Both the position numbers and the translations under genes were made by a program. From Bacteroidota bacterium (GTDB lineage: Bacteria > Bacteroidota > Ignavibacteria > Palsa-1295): DNA of 64,000 nucleotides. Below the pieces are notes generated by a model that saw only the letters and a list, made by a program, of their open reading frames with translations, was not told the origin of the DNA and searched no databases. Positions 9,567-17,161 of this stretch are shown here, one piece after another. Location of the stretch: positions 6,171-70,170 of the forward strand of contig JAUZOQ010000004.1 in the NCBI GenBank assembly GCA_030706385.1, given 5' to 3'. Each line of letters starts with the position of its first letter. The stretch's first letter is position 1.

Positions 9567-10424
9567 ATGAAGAATTTCAATAGATTCATTGGCAAAGTCT
9601 GCACACTCGGTACGACCGCCGTATTTGCACTTCTCCTGTTCGTCTCTGCTACATGGGCGCAGCAAGAGGAGAATGTTATTGGTATGAATGCACAACTTGT
9701 ATTCCACGTGAAGGTTGATGATTTTGAATGCAAATCGTTGATCGCGAAGAACGAGACTACTTCTGAGATTACTATTGAAAGAATAGACTCTGCTATTGGA
9801 GTCGGCTTCTTCCGCTTAAGTGACATTATTCCGTTACCGCGTAAACTTGCTCCGGGCCAACTGATATCACTAGGGTATGCTTGCTTCCAACCTGAAGCCT
9901 CGAACAATCAGTTCAGTGGTTTTATCCCTATTGTGTATGGCTCTAATGGCCATTCGGATGTCCATAAGATTCAAGTGCAAGCAGCAGGGTATATCCCCGA
10001 GAAGCAAAAGTTCGATACGAGGGCAACCACGGCTGGAGCAATTATAGAATTCGATCCTATGTCAAAGAAGCAGGGTGTGCTACTTGCAATGACTGGAAAG
10101 GACGAAGAATTCTCACGTTCGTTCAGTTTCAAAAATACATCGACGGTCGGGTATACAGTCAATGCGATTGACTTTGAAAAACATGATTCAAGATTTGAAG
10201 TTTCATCGATCGAACCGGATGGCTCACTTCCGTTCGATGTCGCACCGGGAGAATCTTTTTCCGTGCGCATTTTATATCATAGTTTTGACCGGGCACCGTT
10301 CTATAACCACTTGATCATCACCACTGAACAGTCAAAAGAGGCGGCAAGCTATGAAGTACGCGGATACCAACTTCCGCTTTCGGAGATGTCCTGGAACAAG
10401 AAAGGCGACACTCCAACTAAGTAA
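9567..10424 (+). CDS. Secreted protein with two ASH/DUF1573-like modules (paralog family member 2)
   Basis: Start chosen at MKNFNRFIGKVCTLGTTAVFALLLFVSATWAQ (signal peptide). The ORF-track ATG at 9378 lies in the intergenic region. Second module GKDEEFSRSFSFKNTSTVGYTVNAIDFEKHDSRFEVSSIEPDGSLPFDVAPGESFSVRILYHSFDRA is clearly paralogous to gene 8743. Tail ...PLSEMSWNKK. Confidence 0.7.
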   Translation: MKNFNRFIGKVCTLGTTAVFALLLFVSATWAQQEENVIGMNAQLVFHVKVDDFECKSLIAKNETTSEITIERIDSAIGVGFFRLSDIIPLPRKLAPGQLISLGYACFQPEASNNQFSGFIPIVYGSNGHSDVHKIQVQAAGYIPEKQKFDTRATTAGAIIEFDPMSKKQGVLLAMTGKDEEFSRSFSFKNTSTVGYTVNAIDFEKHDSRFEVSSIEPDGSLPFDVAPGESFSVRILYHSFDRAPFYNHLIITTEQSKEAASYEVRGYQLPLSEMSWNKKGDTPTK

Positions 10425-10628
10425 TTGATCATTTATGAACAAAGTCGAACCCTAATCTTCGACTTCTTGCATCTACCCTAACACTCACGAGAGCAGGGAT
10501 AGAGTAACTCGAGGTACGATTTACACAGACTCGTATCTAGAGCAGGAATAGCCACATTCCTGATCTTACCGCTACTTGCACCTTGTTTGGAATTATTCGG
10601 ATTATAGTTTCGACAAAAGAATCGGCCT

Positions 10629-12059
10629 ATGAAACAATTACAAATGTACATTGCTCTTTTTTCCCGTTGTGCTATTTATTGTTCGATTACTTTTTCAGGC
10701 CTTCTCCAGCTCAAGGCCCAGGAACAGAATGCTCTCGATAATAAGACTCAAATGAGATTTGATCATGTACGCGTCGGGACTACGGAGTGCCTCCCGATCA
10801 CGGCGACCAATACCGATTCAACAACAGTAACAATATCTAGTCTATCATTTGCCATCGGATCAGAATCGTTTACTCTACAGGAACCGGTTTCCCTACCTAT
10901 AATTTTGCCTGTCGGCCAATCAGTGACCCTGGGTAAAGTATGCTTCACCGCAGAATCTCCGAATAAAGAATTCGTCACTTATCTTCAGACTGACTTTTTT
11001 CCAATGCACCATTCTGATGACGGCGTGATTCGAATTGATGCGACGACTGAGGTTGACTCCTCTTTACTGTTGCCCTGCATGACAGTCACTATGGATTCTG
11101 CTTTGTTTGGGCCGGTATTCTACGGTGGGCAATCAATAAGAAGCTTGAATATCACGAATAATCTTGACACTACGCGTACAATTCGTTGTATAGACTTTAC
11201 CATAGGAGATCGGAACGCATTCTCCGGGATTGACAATCAATTCCCTCTTGAGATTCCACCTCATCAGACACGCCAGATTCACATTGTTTTTTCACCGCTG
11301 GTTCCAAACGCCGACAGCAGCGGTCATTTTCGCACTGATGTGAAGATCGAGCCAATGAGCAAGGACGACGCATGCGCTCCCGATTTTGTGCTTTATGGAA
11401 TTGCCATCAAAGCTACCGACATTAATACCATTAATCCCTTTAGTCGTGAACCTATTCATCCTACACTGAAAATGTCTGGCACTGATGAAACATTCGGGCA
11501 AACATTCCTCTTTCAATGCTTAGATAAGGATAGTCTCCGAATTAATGCAATCGCTCTCGATAATCCTGATCCACACTTCGTGCTTTCTCCGATGGGCGCA
11601 TGCAGTTCATTACCAATGGTAGTACTGCCCGGCGATTACATGGCTGTTCGAATTACCCTAAAAACTGATGACCCCTCGATCTATTACAATCAGCTTCGTT
11701 TTGTTTTGGGAAACGGTCAAGCTCCCGTGGTTTTCGATGTTGAGGCGATGAGAATTATACAACAGAACGCGCTGACGCCATCTCCGAGAAAAGATTCAAT
11801 CCAGTTATCAATTGTCCCAAACCCGATGTCGGGAAGCACGACTATCGCGATTTCGGGAGGAAGTGAATCTGAGATCACAATATTCGATGCACTAGGAAAA
11901 GTAATCGATTCACGGAACAATATCACAACTTGGCGATGGGACGGAAAAGGAGCGGAAGGAAGCCGCAGTCCTGGTGGACATTACTTCATAGGAGCTACTT
12001 CAATATCCCCTAGCGGAAAATCCGTCGTGATTACGAAGCAATTAGTGATCGAACGCTAA
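10629..12059 (+). CDS. Secreted protein with three ASH/DUF1573-like modules and a T9SS C-terminal sorting domain
   Basis: Signal peptide. Third module GTDETFGQTFLFQCLDKDSLRINAIALDNPDPHFVLSPMGACSSLPMVVLPGDYMAVRITL is paralogous to the modules in the upstream genes. C-terminus IQLSIVPNPMSGSTTIAISGGSESEITIFDALGKVIDS...HYFIGATSISPSGKSVVITKQLVI fits Por_Secre_tail. Confidence 0.7.
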   Translation: MKQLQMYIALFSRCAIYCSITFSGLLQLKAQEQNALDNKTQMRFDHVRVGTTECLPITATNTDSTTVTISSLSFAIGSESFTLQEPVSLPIILPVGQSVTLGKVCFTAESPNKEFVTYLQTDFFPMHHSDDGVIRIDATTEVDSSLLLPCMTVTMDSALFGPVFYGGQSIRSLNITNNLDTTRTIRCIDFTIGDRNAFSGIDNQFPLEIPPHQTRQIHIVFSPLVPNADSSGHFRTDVKIEPMSKDDACAPDFVLYGIAIKATDINTINPFSREPIHPTLKMSGTDETFGQTFLFQCLDKDSLRINAIALDNPDPHFVLSPMGACSSLPMVVLPGDYMAVRITLKTDDPSIYYNQLRFVLGNGQAPVVFDVEAMRIIQQNALTPSPRKDSIQLSIVPNPMSGSTTIAISGGSESEITIFDALGKVIDSRNNITTWRWDGKGAEGSRSPGGHYFIGATSISPSGKSVVITKQLVIER

Positions 12060-12063
12060 GCGA

Positions 12064-13965
12064 CTACTTCGTGACCACGAGACTTCGCTCAGTGACAAAC
12101 TTGTCACCAGAAAGTCGGACGATATATCTTCCCGACGGTAAACTCGCCAAACCAAATTGCTTTGTATACGTGCCGGGATCGATTTTTCCTGTAAACAGTG
12201 AGAGCACTTTGGCGCCGAGATTCGAATATATTGCTAGTTCCACTTCGGAAGCAGTTGGGATATAATAACTTAAGTGTAAAGTTTGTCCGATAACAGGGTT
12301 GGGACTTGGGGGTGATATCCAAGCCTGTGTAGAGTTTAGAACGACCGGACGGCTGACATCGCTGATCGGATTGGAGGATGGCTTAGGGGTCCCTACATAT
12401 GCAAAAATGTCTCCATCACTTGCTGATATTCGATTTTCAGTCCACGCGGCAGCATAAACGGTATCGATGGCGTCACTGCCTATATAATCCCCAATGAATG
12501 GTGGAGCCCCATTTGTTTGCCGAATTAAGGTCGGATCAAAAATGCGATCCCCGATCACATGCGGATATTCCGTCATGGCTTCAGTTAGCCGCGTTCTGTA
12601 AACCGCAGTCAGCTGATTATTATCTGAATCGTCCTCGGAAGAGTAGTAAACGACAAAAGCATCACCGGTCTTCTGATTTACTGAAACCCATGGGCAAAAA
12701 CGATCGACGGCTAGGCTAGAATGCAATGGATTAGCGATTCCTACAGCCTTGGGAACAGACCACGTGGCTCCAAAATTCTTTGATTGGACGTAGTACAAAG
12801 ATGCAGCCCCATTGTCTGACGCATCTGAATTCCATGAGCCATACACAAGATGGATCACATTCGTGGAAAGATCGATGTCCTCTGCAACATATGGGAAGCA
12901 ACGAAACCCATCATATCCCTTTAATCCAGGTCTGCTAAAATCATTTATAGGATAGTTTGAATACTTCGCAATTGTCGATCCGGAGAATGACTGTCCCCCA
13001 TCCTTCGAAATATAGATCTGGTGATCTCCCATACCCGATCCATCATCATTTGTGCTGAAAGTCAAAATCACTTCTCCAGCGCCAGCGGTCTTAACTTCGG
13101 CAAACTCTATAAGATGATCGGTAACTGAGTATATATTGCTCCAAGTGTTTCCCTTATCGTCACTCCATGCTAACCTCGCCCCGCCAGAATTACTTGTTGC
13201 ATCTTCGAAATGTACCCACACCACATAAATCCTGCCATAGAAGGGGCTTCCTGGATTCTTATCTACGGTAATGTGCTCTTTGTCTTCAAACCCTCCGATA
13301 TCCTCCGTAGGTACAATGTAACTACCGTTTTGCCAAGTCTTGCCGTCTTCAGATGTTGCCACGATAAGATTATCAAATTGGAAAGAAGCATCTCCAGCTA
13401 GGTATGCATAGTAGAAAAATCCTGAATCATCGACAGCAATCGCGGGGTCACCATAAGCCTGGAAGGCAGAAAAATCGACATCAGGAGGTTGCGGCAGGAA
13501 ATAGGTTTTCCAATTCTTTCCCTGGTCAACAGTCGTATATGCTGCCATCCCCGAGAAATACATTCTGGTGTCATTAGCTCCAGCAACAATTATTTTTTCG
13601 TTCGTACGACTAATCGCGATTGTAGTCTCGTTCTGATCCGATGCATTTCTCGTAATGTTCTTCGCCACACCGGAATCCGAAAGATCAACATTTTCAATTT
13701 CTGGCACTACTGCATGCGGGTCTGTCATATCAAATCCTAGTCTCCGCATCGCCCGGACACCGACTAGCCGACTATAGGCATCGGCATGGTCAAATAAATA
13801 TCGATCACGAGCCGAGTGCGATATTTCAGCTTCTATCGCCGCTCGATAAGCATCGCTACTAATGACAGGGCGAGAGGATGATTGGGTGAGGCCTTTATCC
13901 GGAAAGCCGATTGATAAAAGCGGTATAACAAGAGCTAGGATCAACGGGAAGCGGTTTGTTCTCAT
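12064..13965 (-). CDS. BNR/Asp-box repeat beta-propeller (sialidase-like) secreted protein with T9SS C-terminal sorting domain
   Basis: Signal peptide. Multiple SxDxGxTW Asp-box repeats (VDQGKNWK, SEDGKTWQ, SDDKGNTWS, SKDGGQSF, SKNFGATWS). C-terminal ~90 aa match the T9SS CTD pattern. Paralog of 26544..28202. Confidence 0.7.
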   Translation of the reverse strand: MRTNRFPLILALVIPLLSIGFPDKGLTQSSSRPVISSDAYRAAIEAEISHSARDRYLFDHADAYSRLVGVRAMRRLGFDMTDPHAVVPEIENVDLSDSGVAKNITRNASDQNETTIAISRTNEKIIVAGANDTRMYFSGMAAYTTVDQGKNWKTYFLPQPPDVDFSAFQAYGDPAIAVDDSGFFYYAYLAGDASFQFDNLIVATSEDGKTWQNGSYIVPTEDIGGFEDKEHITVDKNPGSPFYGRIYVVWVHFEDATSNSGGARLAWSDDKGNTWSNIYSVTDHLIEFAEVKTAGAGEVILTFSTNDDGSGMGDHQIYISKDGGQSFSGSTIAKYSNYPINDFSRPGLKGYDGFRCFPYVAEDIDLSTNVIHLVYGSWNSDASDNGAASLYYVQSKNFGATWSVPKAVGIANPLHSSLAVDRFCPWVSVNQKTGDAFVVYYSSEDDSDNNQLTAVYRTRLTEAMTEYPHVIGDRIFDPTLIRQTNGAPPFIGDYIGSDAIDTVYAAAWTENRISASDGDIFAYVGTPKPSSNPISDVSRPVVLNSTQAWISPPSPNPVIGQTLHLSYYIPTASEVELAIYSNLGAKVLSLFTGKIDPGTYTKQFGLASLPSGRYIVRLSGDKFVTERSLVVTK

Positions 13966-14293
13966 AGCAAGCCTTTAGAATTACTCTAAACGAACCAGAT
14001 AACCAAAGAAATGATCGATTCAATAAGTCGCAGTATAATCGCTTTAGTCAAGCTAAAATACAGTGGCACCTTGTCCTCGCGCGCCACTTTTACTGACGGA
14101 ATCAGGATGCAAGATCTCTACTCACCGATTAATATAAGACACATTCCTGGGAAAAGAGTTTCACAAAACGTGGTCCTAATTTGGACTCGTTATCATACAC
14201 ATTTCACTGAATCGAATCGAGAGAGACAACGAACTAAATTGCGTAAATTTGATTTAATTACTGGAATTCATTGAATTACTAACGGAGCACATC

Positions 14294-15634
14294 ATGCAGA
14301 TACGATACATATACCTTGCATTAATTGCGAGTACTTTTTTCCTTTATTCATGTAGCAAGAGTGAAAATCCTACCGTTGCGGGTGATCCCTCAAGTTTCGG
14401 ACAACTGCAGGAAAAAGTATTGAGCAAGGTCTGTGTTTCCTGCCACACCTCAGGAGCTAGTTATGCCTCGGAATCCGGTCTCGTTCTAGATGCGAAAGTG
14501 GCCTACGAGAATCTTGTCGGGATTCCTGCTCATGATCCGAATGCGAACGCAGAATCTGTGTTTCGGGTCAAGCCGGGATTTGCCGACAGCAGTCTCTTAT
14601 ATATGAAGGTCCATGGAATACCTCAAGGAAAATTGTATGGTAGTCAGATGCCTCTCGGATTGACTGCACTTTCAATTGGCCAACAAGAATTTATCAGGCA
14701 GTGGATCAATGCTGGGGCTCCTAAAACCGGCGTCGTCGCCGATGCAGCGTTGCTCGACGATACGACACGTCCGCCAGCAGCTGATTTTACACCCCTAGCT
14801 CCGCCAGCGAGCGGAGAAGGCTTCCAAATCACGACGGGCAAATTTGATGTGCCTGCGAGTTTCGAACGTGAAATTTTTGTATATCGCCGATTAGGAAACA
14901 CACAGCCCGTCTTTGTCAATCACATACATACCAAAATGAGGCCTAACAGCCATCATCTTGTATTGTATACGTTTGCACCTGACACAGATCCGTTCTATAT
15001 CCCTCCTTTTGACATATTCCGTGATCTGCGGAATCCAGATGGAAGCTATATTAATTCAACAGTTGACCAAATGAATTTCCATCTCTTTCTTGGGGGCTCG
15101 ATGGTCCAAGAAGAAGATTATTGGTTTCCACAAGGAGTTGCCCTTCCGCTTTCAGCGAATACAGGGATTGATTTTAACACCCATTTCATAAACAGGTCAT
15201 CGCAAACAATCCCAGGAGAGTGTTATGCAAACATCTATACAGTGCCTGCACAAGATATTGAACACATCGCCATGCCTATCTTTAGTTTTACGACAAACAT
15301 TAACTTGCCACCTCATCGTCAGACGGTGTTGACTAACACATATCCGGATACTATGCAGTCTCCGATCCATGTTTTTATGTTGACTTCACATAATCATGAG
15401 TGGGGGCAAAAATTTCAAATCAAGATTTCCGGGGGTCCTCGAAATGGAGAGATCGTCTATGAGAGCACTGACTGGAGTCATCCGTTGGTAAAATCATTTG
15501 ACCCACCAATTGTCTTGAATAAAGGAGAAGGGTTAACAACAGTTGTTACCTATAATAATACGACCGATAAAACGATCAGCTTTGGCCTGACAAGCAAAGA
15601 CGAGATGGACGTGATGTATGGGTATTTCTACTAA
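14294..15634 (+). CDS. Lipoprotein: planctomycete-type cytochrome c (PSCyt1-like, CxxCH) domain fused to a PHM/DBH-like copper type II monooxygenase fold
   Basis: Lipobox LYSC. CVSCH heme-c motif in a domain ending QWINAGAP (PSCyt1-like). Downstream, NSHHLVLYTF and HVFMLTSHNHEWG (HxFx4HxHxxG) plus C-terminal SKDEMDVMYGYFY resemble the Cu2-monooxygenase CuH/CuM signatures. Confidence 0.55.
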   Translation: MQIRYIYLALIASTFFLYSCSKSENPTVAGDPSSFGQLQEKVLSKVCVSCHTSGASYASESGLVLDAKVAYENLVGIPAHDPNANAESVFRVKPGFADSSLLYMKVHGIPQGKLYGSQMPLGLTALSIGQQEFIRQWINAGAPKTGVVADAALLDDTTRPPAADFTPLAPPASGEGFQITTGKFDVPASFEREIFVYRRLGNTQPVFVNHIHTKMRPNSHHLVLYTFAPDTDPFYIPPFDIFRDLRNPDGSYINSTVDQMNFHLFLGGSMVQEEDYWFPQGVALPLSANTGIDFNTHFINRSSQTIPGECYANIYTVPAQDIEHIAMPIFSFTTNINLPPHRQTVLTNTYPDTMQSPIHVFMLTSHNHEWGQKFQIKISGGPRNGEIVYESTDWSHPLVKSFDPPIVLNKGEGLTTVVTYNNTTDKTISFGLTSKDEMDVMYGYFY

Positions 15635-17156
15635 TATTCTCGCGATGATCTTCAGACTATGCATCTTCCTGCCCTTACTCTTTATTTCCCCGGGGCATAT
15701 TGAGGCTCAGGTACCTGTAAAGCTTAAGATCATTCATTGGAATGATTTTCACGCACAGAATCAACCTATGTCCGTAAAGGGAGTAAACGGCTCGCGATAC
15801 AATGTCGGAGGCTTTGCATACTTCAAATCGGCCATTGACAGCCTGAAGTATGTTGCTCAGTCGAAGCAGGAAGCATTCCTGGAACTTGATGCCGGCGATA
15901 ATTTTCAAGGGACTCCGATTTCCGGAGTAACACGCGGCGAATCCCAGATCGAATTGCTGAATTTGCTCCACCCGGATGCAGTCGCACTTGGCAATCACGA
16001 GTTCGACTATGGGTGGGAAAATCTTGACAGTTTGATCCGATTTGAAGCCCGATTTGATATTGTAAACGCTAATATCTATCATCCAGACCATTCTTCGTTC
16101 GCCAAGCCTTACATCATAAGACAACTCGGAAAGTTAAGAGTTGCAATCATTGGTTTGACCGTCGAACATCTGAATAATCTTACACTCCCTGAAAGAATAA
16201 GAGGACTACAAATCGCTACCTATGAGGAGTCACTGCGGACATATTTGAAAGAAATCAAAAAGGAGAAGCCTTCGCTAATCGTAGTTTTGAGTCATATCGG
16301 AGTAGATGCCGACCGCAGACTTGCCAACGAATTCCCTCAAGTAAACATTTTTGTTGGAGGTCATTCACATACTCCGCTGAAGGCTCCGATAAAGGAAAAT
16401 TATTCTCTGATTGTTCAGGCAGGATCACGCGGACAATTTGTTGGAGAGCTTGAATTGGAAATTGATCTCACAGGCGATTCTGTGCTTTCGTACGAGGGGA
16501 AACTCATTGAGACCAAGAACGAGATTTTCAAACCAGATTCTGCTATTCTCCGTAGGGTCGAGGAGCTAGAGGCACCGGTGACTGCCAAATATGCAGAGAC
16601 GATCGGTGTTCTTAAGAAAGATTGGCACGTGAATGATGGCCGACAAAGCAATCTGGCGGCCTTCGAATCCATGGTTTTCAGGACGCGATTGTCAAGCGAT
16701 ATCGGAGTGATCAATTACGGCGGTCTTCGAAAATCACTTCGCGCCGGCAATATTACTATGAGAGATATTTATGAAATAAATCCATTCGAAAATGAACTAG
16801 TGTCTTTTGACCTAAGAGGAGATGAAGTCGAACACGCACTGGAATGGATGTTCGACGGGAAAGGGTCGGAATTCTGCGAGTTTTCGGGGTTGACCTGCTC
16901 TGTGGATACCTCAGCCAAACCAGGGAATCGAATTCAGAATATCCGTATAGACGGAACGCCTATGGACCCGACAAAAACATATTCGATAGCGACGAATATT
17001 TTTGTTGGGTCGCACTTATCCTCTATTTTCGGTCTCAACGATTCAACACATCCTCTCCGTCAATCCGGAGTTACAGACTTCGATCTCATTGTCGAAGCAA
17101 TTCGAAAGTACAAAGAAATATCAGGCGACTCAGAATCTTGGGTAAAAGGATTATAG
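15618..17156 (+). CDS. Bifunctional metallophosphatase/5'-nucleotidase family protein (secreted)
   Basis: Calcineurin-like phosphoesterase motifs IIHWNDFH, DAGDNFQG, GNHEFDYG, GGHSHT. C-terminal 5'-nucleotidase substrate domain. Signal peptide. Start may be the Met at 15645 instead. Confidence 0.8.
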   Translation: MGISTNILAMIFRLCIFLPLLFISPGHIEAQVPVKLKIIHWNDFHAQNQPMSVKGVNGSRYNVGGFAYFKSAIDSLKYVAQSKQEAFLELDAGDNFQGTPISGVTRGESQIELLNLLHPDAVALGNHEFDYGWENLDSLIRFEARFDIVNANIYHPDHSSFAKPYIIRQLGKLRVAIIGLTVEHLNNLTLPERIRGLQIATYEESLRTYLKEIKKEKPSLIVVLSHIGVDADRRLANEFPQVNIFVGGHSHTPLKAPIKENYSLIVQAGSRGQFVGELELEIDLTGDSVLSYEGKLIETKNEIFKPDSAILRRVEELEAPVTAKYAETIGVLKKDWHVNDGRQSNLAAFESMVFRTRLSSDIGVINYGGLRKSLRAGNITMRDIYEINPFENELVSFDLRGDEVEHALEWMFDGKGSEFCEFSGLTCSVDTSAKPGNRIQNIRIDGTPMDPTKTYSIATNIFVGSHLSSIFGLNDSTHPLRQSGVTDFDLIVEAIRKYKEISGDSESWVKGL

Positions 17157-17161
17157 TCTGA

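Noticed and set aside
9224-9907. 227-aa minus-strand ORF spanning the junction of two ASH-protein genes
   Set aside because: Antisense to two well-supported secreted-protein genes and to their intergenic region. Composition is low-complexity.
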